Assembly: GCA_039796915.1 (NCBI GenBank)
Contig: JBDKIU010000032.1
Coordinates: forward strand, 1-51,211
Origin: Bacteroidota bacterium
GTDB taxonomy: Bacteria; Bacteroidota; Bacteroidia; NS11-12g; UBA955
Direction: 5' to 3'
DNA: 51,211 nt
The translations under genes and the position numbers were made by a program. Within the stretch, counting starts at the first letter, position 1. Every line of letters begins with the position of its first letter. Under the pieces are notes generated by a model, which made no database searches, was not told where the DNA came from, and saw only the letters and a list, made by a program, of their open reading frames with translations. Positions 9,184-17,506 of the stretch are shown one piece after another.

Positions 9184-10710
9184 TCAGGGTTTCATATTTT
9201 CAGCAGCAGCCAACAGGCGCTGCACGGCTTTGTCCTTTCCCAGAAGGGCAATCATTTCATAAAGTGGCGGACCGGCGGCGGCACCGCTGATGGCCAGACG
9301 AAGCAACTGCATCCACTGGCCGGTACTTTGACCGACAGCGGTGCATTGTGCCTTGAATACTTCCTCGGCGGTTGCAGCATCCAACGTTGCAGCCTGTTCG
9401 TAGGTCTGAGCCAGGCTGCGCAGAAATTCAGGGGTTTCCGGTTTCCACTTTTTGGCCAGTGCCTGCTGATCATACGCTGTTGGCTCCAGGAAGAAATACG
9501 ATCCGTCGCGGATGATTTCGCCTGGGAAATTCACTTTTTCACGCATCAGGCGAACCACTTCCGCGAGGTATGGAACTTCGGTCTGGTAGCCTGAAGCAGC
9601 AGCCAGCGGCAGCAATTCCTGTGCAATGGTTTCCGGATGGCGTTCCATGAGGTAATGATGGTTAAACCACAGGGCTTTATCGAGGTCGAACTTGGCGCCA
9701 CTTTTACTCACCTTTTCCAGACTGAACGCTTCGATGAGTTCATCCATGGTAAACAATTCCCTGTTGAAGCTTGGATGCCAGCCCAGCAGGGCGAGCATGT
9801 TCACCACCGCCTCCGGGAAATAGCCTGTTTCACGATACCCTGAAGAGATTTCTCCACTGGCGGGATCCTTCCATTCCAAAGGAAATACCGGAAAACCAAG
9901 TCGGTCGCCATCGCGCTTGCTGAGCTTCCCGTTTCCTTCCGGTTTGAGCAAGAGCGGCAAATGCGCAAACACAGGCATTACATCTTCCCAACCCAGATAG
10001 CGGTAAAGCATCACATGCAGGGGCGCACTGGGCAGCCATTCTTCACCGCGAATCACATGGCTGATGTTCATCAGGTAATCATCCACCACATTGGCCAGGT
10101 GGTAGGTAGGCATGCCGTCGCTTTTGAACAGAACCTTGTCATCCATCTGGCTGGTGTTCACCACGACCCAGCCGCGGATGGCGTCGTGAAAGCGCACTTC
10201 TTCCTTCCGGGGAAGCTTAATCCGCACCACATAAGGCATTCCGTTTTCCAGTCGGCGCTGCACCTCATCGGCGGGCAAGGTGAGGGAATTATTCATGCTC
10301 ATGCGGCTCACGGCATCATACTGCGCGGGCATGCTTCCCGCCTTCAAACGCTCACGCATGGCATCCAGTTCTTCGGGCGTATCAAAGGCGTAATAGGCAT
10401 GACCTGCCTGCAGCAGCTGATCGACATACTGTCGGTACATCGGCTTTCGTTCGCTTTGGCGGTAAGGCGCATGCGGTCCGCCCTGTTCCGGGCCTTCGTC
10501 AAACCGAATGCCCACCCATGCCAGCGCCTGGGTGATATACGCTTCGGCACCGGGCACAAAGCGGTTTTGATCTGTATCTTCAATACGCAGCAGACAATCG
10601 CCGCCGTGTTTCTTTGCAAACAAATAGTTATACAGCGCTGTGCGCACTCCGCCAATGTGCAAAGGGCCAGTTGGGCTTGGTGCAAACCGCACGCGGACAT
10701 GTCTTTCCAT
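9184..10710 (-). CDS. gltX: Glutamate--tRNA ligase
   Basis: RFAPSPTGPLHIGGVRTALYNY (HIGH motif) and KLSKRDG (KMSKS motif). 508 aa. Confidence 0.95.
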   Translation of the reverse strand: MERHVRVRFAPSPTGPLHIGGVRTALYNYLFAKKHGGDCLLRIEDTDQNRFVPGAEAYITQALAWVGIRFDEGPEQGGPHAPYRQSERKPMYRQYVDQLLQAGHAYYAFDTPEELDAMRERLKAGSMPAQYDAVSRMSMNNSLTLPADEVQRRLENGMPYVVRIKLPRKEEVRFHDAIRGWVVVNTSQMDDKVLFKSDGMPTYHLANVVDDYLMNISHVIRGEEWLPSAPLHVMLYRYLGWEDVMPVFAHLPLLLKPEGNGKLSKRDGDRLGFPVFPLEWKDPASGEISSGYRETGYFPEAVVNMLALLGWHPSFNRELFTMDELIEAFSLEKVSKSGAKFDLDKALWFNHHYLMERHPETIAQELLPLAAASGYQTEVPYLAEVVRLMREKVNFPGEIIRDGSYFFLEPTAYDQQALAKKWKPETPEFLRSLAQTYEQAATLDAATAEEVFKAQCTAVGQSTGQWMQLLRLAISGAAAGPPLYEMIALLGKDKAVQRLLAAAENMKP

Positions 10711-10717
10711 AAGGCCG

Positions 10718-10725
10718 CGAATTTA
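10718..10725 (-). promoter_or_regulatory. Candidate -7 box TAAATTCG, 7 nt upstream of the gltX ATG
   Basis: The minus strand reads gcTAAATTCGcggcctt-ATG. This is the same TAAATTCG box found at three other operon starts. Confidence 0.4.
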
Positions 10726-10789
10726 GCTTTTTTCCGCGGGCAGCAGGCAGTTCAGACGGATACACTGGGAAATAGAAGCCTGGCTCAGG

Positions 10790-10797
10790 TATCTTTG
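10790..10797 (+). promoter_or_regulatory. Candidate -7 box TATCTTTG, 4 nt upstream of the mnmA ATG
   Basis: Reads TATCTTTG-caac-ATG(10802), a perfect TAnnTTTG match. Confidence 0.45.
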
Positions 10798-10801
10798 CAA
10801 C

Positions 10802-11971
10802 ATGGCCCGGGTTGTTGTTGGATTAAGTGGTGGCGTTGATTCATCAGTGGCCGCCTTGTTGCTGAAACAGCAGGGCCACGAGGTGATTGGCATGTACATG
10901 CGCAACTGGCATAATGCCGACGTAACCATCGGCAATGAATGCCCGTGGATTGACGACAGCAATGATGCCATGCTGGTGGCAGAAAAGCTCGGAATCCCTT
11001 TTCAGGTGATTGACTTGAGCGAAGCCTACCATCAGCGCATCGTAGAGTACATGTTCGCAGCATATGCCGCCGGCCGCACGCCAAATCCGGATGTGCTGTG
11101 CAACCGCGAAATCAAATTTGACGTATTCCTGGAAGCGGCCCTGAAGCTGGGTGCCGACTTTGTGGCCACGGGACATTACTGTAGAAAAGCCGAAGTGGAA
11201 ATCGACGGCAAGGTTTTCTATCAACTGCTCAGTGGTTTAGATTTGAATAAAGATCAGAGTTATTTCCTGTGCCAGATCAGGCAGGAACAACTGGCAAAAG
11301 CGCTGTTTCCCATCGGAGAACTCCAAAAAGCCAAAGTGCGGCAACTGGCAGCAGATGCAGGCCTGCATACCGCAGAAAAAAAGGATTCTCAGGGTTTATG
11401 TTTCGTGGGGAAAGTAAAACTGCCGGTGTTTCTGCAGCAGCAGTTGCAGCCCAAACTTGGAACGGTGATTGAAATTCCCGCCACACATCCCAAACTTCAG
11501 CACAGGGAAACCAATGAACTGGGCATCAACCGGCCCATTTACTGGCAACGCTGCGACGGCGTATCAGCAGGCACACACCAGGGTGCGCATTTTTTCACCG
11601 TCGGACAACGCAAAGGTTTACAGATTGGCGGATTGGCCGAACCGCTGTTTGTGCTGCAAACAGACACCACCGAAAACCTGGTTTTTGCCGGACAGGGCGC
11701 AGAACATCCTGGCCTGTACACCAATGGTTTGTTTATTTCCCACAACGACGTTCACTGGATCAGGGAAGATTTGGCGTTGGAAGCGGGCATGAAAATGGAT
11801 GTGCTGTTGCGCATCAGATACCGGCAAACACCCTTCCGTGCGCAGCTTATATGTGCAGCCGAAGGCATGTATATCCGCTTTGAAACGCCACAAAAAAGCG
11901 TCACACCGGGCCAGTTTGCAGCCTGGTATGTTGACGGAGCCCTTTTGGGCAGCGGCGCCATCTGCTGGTAA
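10802..11971 (+). CDS. mnmA: tRNA 2-thiouridine(34) synthase
   Basis: VVVGLSGGVDSSVAA PP-loop, NPDVLCN, and DSQGLCF catalytic Cys blocks. Confidence 0.95.
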   Translation: MARVVVGLSGGVDSSVAALLLKQQGHEVIGMYMRNWHNADVTIGNECPWIDDSNDAMLVAEKLGIPFQVIDLSEAYHQRIVEYMFAAYAAGRTPNPDVLCNREIKFDVFLEAALKLGADFVATGHYCRKAEVEIDGKVFYQLLSGLDLNKDQSYFLCQIRQEQLAKALFPIGELQKAKVRQLAADAGLHTAEKKDSQGLCFVGKVKLPVFLQQQLQPKLGTVIEIPATHPKLQHRETNELGINRPIYWQRCDGVSAGTHQGAHFFTVGQRKGLQIGGLAEPLFVLQTDTTENLVFAGQGAEHPGLYTNGLFISHNDVHWIREDLALEAGMKMDVLLRIRYRQTPFRAQLICAAEGMYIRFETPQKSVTPGQFAAWYVDGALLGSGAICW

Positions 11972-12070
11972 GCAAAACGCCACATAGTTTTCGCTCGTGT
12001 GACATTTCCATGACACTTACATGACAATAAAAGTTGAAGGCTTTGGCTAAATTTACGCGCTAAAGTCAAT

Positions 12071-15000
12071 ATGAAAAGAATCTTACTTTTTCTGATGGGA
12101 GTGTTTGCAACGGCTGCAGGCCACGCGCAGATTTCTTCTAAAGGGACAGACTTTTTTTTCGCCTTTCCTCAGATCGACCTAAACCCTGACAGTATGCTGG
12201 TTTTTGTGACCAGCGATGTCAATACCACGTTCACCATCGAAAATCCGAGGGTGACAGGATCACTGAAGAACTACTCTGTAACGGCGAATAAGGTTACCCG
12301 TGTAAATATGCCAGTTTCCACTTACTACGTAACGGGTTCTGAAACCGTTCAGAACCTGGGATGCAGGGTGCGTTCGAAGGATCCGGTGTATGTGTATTTG
12401 TTGAATCTGAAGGAGTTTCGAACATCCGGAACTTTCGTGCTTCCAGTAAGTGCATTGCCGTACAACACTGAATTCATCGTTTCCAGCTACACGCCTACCT
12501 ACCGCACAAATCCGGGGTTTGGAACCGCACAGTATTCACAGGCGCAGTTTACCATCATCGGGGTTGACGACAATACACCGGTAGAAATCATTCCCAAGTC
12601 GCGGACGGCCAACGGAAAAGCTGCGGGAACGCCATTTTACATCACCTTATCCCGCGGACAGGTTTATCAGGTACAAAGCCACATCAACGATGGAAGCACG
12701 GCCAATCCACCCACCGCTTCGGGTGATTTGAGCGGCACCGTGGTGCGCGTGCGCAATGCTTGTAAACGCATCAACGTGCTTTCGGGCGCGGAAAGTGTTA
12801 TTTTACCCTCTGCCTCGTGTCAGGGTCGGGAACATTTGTGGGGCCAACTTTACCCAACCAACGTTTGGGGTATGAAGTACTTCATCAGTCCATTCGTTTC
12901 CAGTCGAAACGGTTACCTGTACCGAGTGTATCCATTGCAGGATAATACCACCATTTTTGTAGGAGGAACATCGGTTGGAACCTTTAACAGAACCAGCTGG
13001 TATCAGGAGAATGTGGGCACCGAAGCTGCCCGCTGCATCACGGCGAACAAACCTGTGATGGTTGCCCAGTACATGAAAGGCAACAACTGCAGTGGCTTGA
13101 ATGACGGCGACCCCGCGATGGTCATGGTTCCTGCCAGCGATCAAACCGTACGCTCGGCTACCGTGGGAACGGCAAATACCAAAAACCTTACAGATCACTA
13201 CGTAAACATCATCGTAGATCAGAAGTTCAAGAACCGTGTAAAACTCAATGGGGCGGCCGTTTCTCCGGGCAGTTTCACCAATGCATGCAACAACATGTGT
13301 TATGCCCAGATTAAACTGGCCTACTACGGTTCACACAACCTCACCTGCGACAGCGGATTCCAGGTCATGACCTACGGTTTCGGCAACTACGAAAGCTATG
13401 CCTACTATTCCGGCGCCAACTTTGAAGACTTGCGCTACAACATCACCATGATTCAGCCAAACCGTTGTCCTTCCTATCCGGTGACCTTCATCGGCTCGGG
13501 AACCAACGCCCTGGGTTATACCTGGTATTTTGGCGATGGTGGAAAAGATACCGGTTCCAAAGTGACGCATCGCTACGAGAAACCCGGCAGCTACCTTGCC
13601 CGCATGGTGGTTAAAGTGCCTGGGATTTGCGGAACATTCGACAGTGTGGTTCGCACCAGAATTGTAGACGTTTACCCCGGCCCTTCGCCCAACTTCCCTG
13701 ATTCTACGCTGGTTTGTGCCGACAGCCTGAAACTTACCCTCGATGCCGGCTTCAGCAAAAAATTCCTCTACAAATGGCAGGACAGCAGCAATAAGCAAAC
13801 CTTACTTGTAACCAAACCAGGCAAATACTGGCTGCGTGTATTGGATACTTCTACAAATTGTACGGTGTTCGATTCTACGCGGATTGTATTTGCCAACAAG
13901 CTGAAAGCGGCTTATGCTGCAGACAGCGCACTGCCTTGTTTCGGGAACAACTATTTCGCACTCAGGGACTCCAGTAAGGTGACCAACGATAAAATTTCGA
14001 GTTTCAGGTGGGTGGTGAAATATCCGGCCAAAGATTCCATCCTCAACACCGAACGAATCAAGGTTTCTTTCCAGAATACCGGAAATTACGTGCTTCAGTA
14101 TTTCATCAAAACTCAAAAGGGATGTTCGGACAGCACCAGCGGAACGCTATCTGTGTACGACCGTCCCACGGCTACCTTCACCGTAGATACAAACAGAAAC
14201 TGTCAGGGTGTGCCGTTTAAGTTCACTGCTTCTTCCACTACACCTGCCGGAACCATTCGCTCTTACAACTGGCAATGGGGCGACGCAACGATAGGCGGCG
14301 GACCCGCTCCATCCAAATCATACAACGTACATGACACCTTTGCCGTGCGCCATATCGTAATTACCAGCTTCGGCTGTCGCGATACCATGGATTCCGCGGT
14401 GGTGGTTTTGCCGAAACCCTTGATGCGTTATACGGTGAATGATACCGGTTTCTGCCTGCGAGGAAACAAGTTTACCTTCATCAATAAAACCAGCATACCC
14501 TTGGGAAGTTACCTTTTTGACTGGTCTTTCCCTGGACAGAGCTATATCAATACCGACACCATCAGAAGATCCTTTACTGCTGCCGGACAGGTGAACTTCA
14601 CGCTTACGGCAACTTCCGATGCGGGCTGTAGAGATTCCGTTCGCGGCAGAATTCAGGTTTATCCGCATCCAACGGCACGCATCAACCTCACACCACCGGC
14701 AAGCTGTATCAACGGTCCGGCCTTCCGTATCAAAGACAGCAGCAGCATTGTTGGCGGCGCGTTGAAAGGTAGAACCTGGACACTTGGTGATGGCAATAAC
14801 GACACCTCCCTATTAATAAGGAGTAAGCGTTATGCAACATCGGGAACCTATACCATAACCCTGATTTCGAACTCCAACAAGAATTGCAAAGACACCACCA
14901 TCGCTACGGCAACGGTGTATGCCAAACCCAATGCCGATTTCAGCATCAGCAAGAGCAGTCAGTGCATTTCAGGCAACCGCTTCACCTTTACCGGCACCGG

Positions 15001-16450
15001 CAGCTATTTACAGCGCTTGTGGACCTACGGAGACAAATTCGGCGATACCGGAATGGTGCGCACCCACGTATATGCGGATACCGGAACTTATACGGTTCGC
15101 AGCATTGCACGAAATGCCAATGGTTGTCTGGATACCATCAGTAAGCAAGTTCGTGTGCTGCCCGGACCAACGGCATTCTTCAGTTCTTCTCCCGACAGCG
15201 CCTGCCTGGGCAATACCACGCGCTTTACCAATGGCTCCTATTTTAACGGAGGAAGCATTTCTGGCTATTCCTGGGACTTTGGCGACGGCACTACCACCGG
15301 AAATAATCCGAACCCCAGCAAGAAATACCTCACCTACGGCAGGTTTAAAGTGCGTATGGTTGCACAGGGCGCCAACGGTTGCAACGATACCATCTTCAAA
15401 AATGTGCGCATCTACGACAAGCCCAACGCGGCCTACGCCGTAAACGACAGCACACAGTGCTTCGACGGACATTCTTTCGTGATAACCAATAATTCTACCG
15501 TTCGTGAAGGAAGCATCACTTCCTACGCATGGGATTTAGATCAGGGCGTCACTTCGTCTGTGCGCAACCCGGCCAACCGCAGCTACAGTGCCATTGGAAG
15601 CTACAGAACAACCTTAATTGTAAGCACCAACTTCGGTTGCAGCGATACCGCGGCTATGGGATTGTATGTTTATCCAAGTCCAACCATCAGCTTTACCGCA
15701 GATACCGCGTGTCAGGGAGAAGACTTCTATTTCACAGGAAATGCCTCCGTTGTTCCGGGAAGTATCCAATCATATGCATGGACCTTTGGTGATGGCGGAA
15801 GCGCAACTACACAAAATCCAACCCATAAATACAACAACAGCGGAACCTTTACGGTGAGCTTCACAGCTGTATCTGATCAGGGTTGTTCTACTTCCCTCAG
15901 CGTTCCGGGCGCCGCGCTTTCATTGGTAAAACCGGTTGCCAATTTCGCCAGTACACATCTTGGCTCCAGAGGTTTCGAAAGCGATTATCAGTTTGCAGAC
16001 CGCAGTACTGGCGCTACAGACTGGCTCTGGTCGTTCGGCGATGGGCAGAGCAGCAACACACAGAATCCGAAAATCACCTTCAACGATACCGGAAGGATGC
16101 GCGTTGAATTGTTTGTAACCAATACCGATGGCTGCACCGATTCCAGCGTAAAATTCCTGCTGCTGAAGCCGGAACTCATGTGGTGGGTGCCCACCGCGTT
16201 TACACCCAACCGCGATACTAAAAACGAAGTTTGGGGACCGGTTGGACTTTCAGGAACCATCAGCTACCACATGCAGTTGTTTAACCGCTGGGGCGAATTG
16301 ATTTGGGATAATAAAAACCCAAATCAGGGATGGGATGGAACTTTCAACGGCCAGGCTGTGCCTGAAGGTGTATATCCCTGGACTGTCTGGTTGCGCTACA
16401 TCGATGGAAGGTTCTACAGCTTCCGCGGAACAGTAACCGTGCTGCGCTAA
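12071..16450 (+). CDS. Large secreted adhesin-like protein: IgGFc-binding-like N-terminal domain, about 10-11 PKD repeats, and a T9SS type B (gliding motility-associated) C-terminal domain
   Basis: It has a signal peptide (MKRILLFLMGVFATAAGHAQ). The N-terminal region runs from GTDFFFAFPQ to GDPAMVMVPA and YGFGNYESYAYYSG. W-x-FGDG PKD cores recur. The C-terminus (VPTAFTPNRDTKNEVW...GVYPWTVWLRY...GTVTVLR) matches the type B CTD pattern. Confidence 0.85.
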   Translation: MKRILLFLMGVFATAAGHAQISSKGTDFFFAFPQIDLNPDSMLVFVTSDVNTTFTIENPRVTGSLKNYSVTANKVTRVNMPVSTYYVTGSETVQNLGCRVRSKDPVYVYLLNLKEFRTSGTFVLPVSALPYNTEFIVSSYTPTYRTNPGFGTAQYSQAQFTIIGVDDNTPVEIIPKSRTANGKAAGTPFYITLSRGQVYQVQSHINDGSTANPPTASGDLSGTVVRVRNACKRINVLSGAESVILPSASCQGREHLWGQLYPTNVWGMKYFISPFVSSRNGYLYRVYPLQDNTTIFVGGTSVGTFNRTSWYQENVGTEAARCITANKPVMVAQYMKGNNCSGLNDGDPAMVMVPASDQTVRSATVGTANTKNLTDHYVNIIVDQKFKNRVKLNGAAVSPGSFTNACNNMCYAQIKLAYYGSHNLTCDSGFQVMTYGFGNYESYAYYSGANFEDLRYNITMIQPNRCPSYPVTFIGSGTNALGYTWYFGDGGKDTGSKVTHRYEKPGSYLARMVVKVPGICGTFDSVVRTRIVDVYPGPSPNFPDSTLVCADSLKLTLDAGFSKKFLYKWQDSSNKQTLLVTKPGKYWLRVLDTSTNCTVFDSTRIVFANKLKAAYAADSALPCFGNNYFALRDSSKVTNDKISSFRWVVKYPAKDSILNTERIKVSFQNTGNYVLQYFIKTQKGCSDSTSGTLSVYDRPTATFTVDTNRNCQGVPFKFTASSTTPAGTIRSYNWQWGDATIGGGPAPSKSYNVHDTFAVRHIVITSFGCRDTMDSAVVVLPKPLMRYTVNDTGFCLRGNKFTFINKTSIPLGSYLFDWSFPGQSYINTDTIRRSFTAAGQVNFTLTATSDAGCRDSVRGRIQVYPHPTARINLTPPASCINGPAFRIKDSSSIVGGALKGRTWTLGDGNNDTSLLIRSKRYATSGTYTITLISNSNKNCKDTTIATATVYAKPNADFSISKSSQCISGNRFTFTGTGSYLQRLWTYGDKFGDTGMVRTHVYADTGTYTVRSIARNANGCLDTISKQVRVLPGPTAFFSSSPDSACLGNTTRFTNGSYFNGGSISGYSWDFGDGTTTGNNPNPSKKYLTYGRFKVRMVAQGANGCNDTIFKNVRIYDKPNAAYAVNDSTQCFDGHSFVITNNSTVREGSITSYAWDLDQGVTSSVRNPANRSYSAIGSYRTTLIVSTNFGCSDTAAMGLYVYPSPTISFTADTACQGEDFYFTGNASVVPGSIQSYAWTFGDGGSATTQNPTHKYNNSGTFTVSFTAVSDQGCSTSLSVPGAALSLVKPVANFASTHLGSRGFESDYQFADRSTGATDWLWSFGDGQSSNTQNPKITFNDTGRMRVELFVTNTDGCTDSSVKFLLLKPELMWWVPTAFTPNRDTKNEVWGPVGLSGTISYHMQLFNRWGELIWDNKNPNQGWDGTFNGQAVPEGVYPWTVWLRYIDGRFYSFRGTVTVLR
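13441..16165 (+). repeat. Diverged tandem array of PKD-domain coding repeats (about 80-90 codons each); boundaries approximate
   Basis: Protein-level periodicity: YTWYFGDGG, YNWQWGD, FDWSFPG, RTWTLGDG, LWTYGDK, YSWDFGDG, YAWDLDQG, YAWTFGDG, WLWSFGDG. Most repeats end with G-C-x-D-[ST]-x. Confidence 0.6.
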
Positions 16451-16472
16451 ACAACATCAACAGCTATTCCAT

Positions 16473-16503
16473 AAAAAACCCGGCTTGAAGGCCGGGTTTT
16501 TTA
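16473..16503. terminator. Bidirectional intrinsic terminator between the convergent PKD gene and rpoD
   Basis: Reads AAAAAA-CCCGGC-ttgaag-GCCGGG-TTTTTT. The A-tract and T-tract flanks let it function on both strands. Confidence 0.8.
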
Positions 16504-16547
16504 TTGTTATGATGAATGGTATCAGTGCCGTGACGAACACGGATATC

Positions 16548-17411
16548 TTAGCCTAAGTAGGCTTTCAGGATTTTACTCTTGCTGCTTTTACGCAGTCTGC
16601 GCAGCGCTTTTTCCTTGATTTGGCGTACGCGCTCTCTGGTCAGGCCCACCTTTTCGCTGATGTCTTCGAGGGTATGGGCAGGGCCACCATCCAAGCCGTA
16701 GTAATATTTCAGCACATCGCGCTCTTTATCGCTGAGCGTGTTGATGACGCGACTGATTTCCTTCTGAAGCGACTCGTTGATGAGTGGCGTATCAGGGTCA
16801 GGCTCATCATTTTGGTCCAGCACACCCAGAAGCGTATTGTCTTCACCTTCTGTAAGCGGCGCATCAATGCTCAGGTGTCTTCCGGAAGAACGCAGGGCAT
16901 TCTCTACTTCTGTAACCGGAATTTGCAGGGATTCCGCAATTTCCTCTGGTGTTGGTTCACGTTCCAGTTCCTGTTCCAGCTTTGAAGCAGCCTGTGTGAT
17001 TCTGCCGATGCTTCCAACCTTGTTCAGGGGAAGACGCACGATACGGCTTTGGTCTGCCAATGCCTGAAGAATGCTCTGGCGGATCCACCAAACGGCGTAG
17101 GAAATAAATTTAAAACCACGTGTTTCATCAAAACGTTTGGCGGCTTTGATCAGACCCAGGTTTCCCTCGTTGATTAAATCACCCAGGGTAAGTCCCTGGT
17201 TTTGGTATTGTTTAGAAACAGAAACAACAAAGCGCAGGTTGGCGTTTACCAGTTTTTCCAAAGCAGCCTGATCACCTTCCCGGATGCGGCGTGCAAGTTC
17301 AACCTCCTCCTGGGCATCAATCATGGGAACTTTAGAAATTTCATTGAGGTACTTGTCTAGCGACTTGTTCTCCCTGTTGGTAAACTGTTTGCTGATTTTT
17401 AGTTGTCTCAT
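16548..17411 (-). CDS. rpoD: Primary RNA polymerase sigma factor (short Bacteroidota sigma-A)
   Basis: Region 2 ([54 protein letters not shown]) and region 4 ([19 protein letters not shown]). 287 aa, as is typical for Bacteroidota. Confidence 0.95.
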   Translation of the reverse strand: MRQLKISKQFTNRENKSLDKYLNEISKVPMIDAQEEVELARRIREGDQAALEKLVNANLRFVVSVSKQYQNQGLTLGDLINEGNLGLIKAAKRFDETRGFKFISYAVWWIRQSILQALADQSRIVRLPLNKVGSIGRITQAASKLEQELEREPTPEEIAESLQIPVTEVENALRSSGRHLSIDAPLTEGEDNTLLGVLDQNDEPDPDTPLINESLQKEISRVINTLSDKERDVLKYYYGLDGGPAHTLEDISEKVGLTRERVRQIKEKALRRLRKSSKSKILKAYLG

Positions 17412-17466
17412 GCGCGATGTTGCTACTCTAAATGATGTGCTTTTACTGAATAAATAGACAGATGCA

Positions 17467-17484
17467 CAGATTCCGTAGAATCTG
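17467..17484 (-). other. Perfect 7-bp inverted repeat CAGATTC-tacg-GAATCTG (feoB terminator hairpin or operator)
   Basis: Read directly from the sequence. It lies between the feoB stop (17507) and the rpoD start (17411). The downstream sequence is only moderately T-rich (tgcatctgtctatttatt). Confidence 0.4.
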
Positions 17485-17492
17485 CGAATTTA
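17485..17492 (-). promoter_or_regulatory. Candidate -7 box TAAATTCG upstream of rpoD (about 73-nt leader)
   Basis: The minus strand reads ccTAAATTCGCAGATTC..., lying 14 nt after the feoB stop and directly adjoining the 7-bp inverted repeat at 17467-17484. Confidence 0.35.
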
Positions 17493-17506
17493 GGAAAAAA
17501 CAGCGC

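Noticed and set aside
9170-9192. GGTTCAATCC T-loop-like string at the 3' end of gltX (minus strand).
   Set aside because: It has only a 4-bp stem with a 6-nt loop, lies partly inside the gltX CDS, and has no other tRNA elements.
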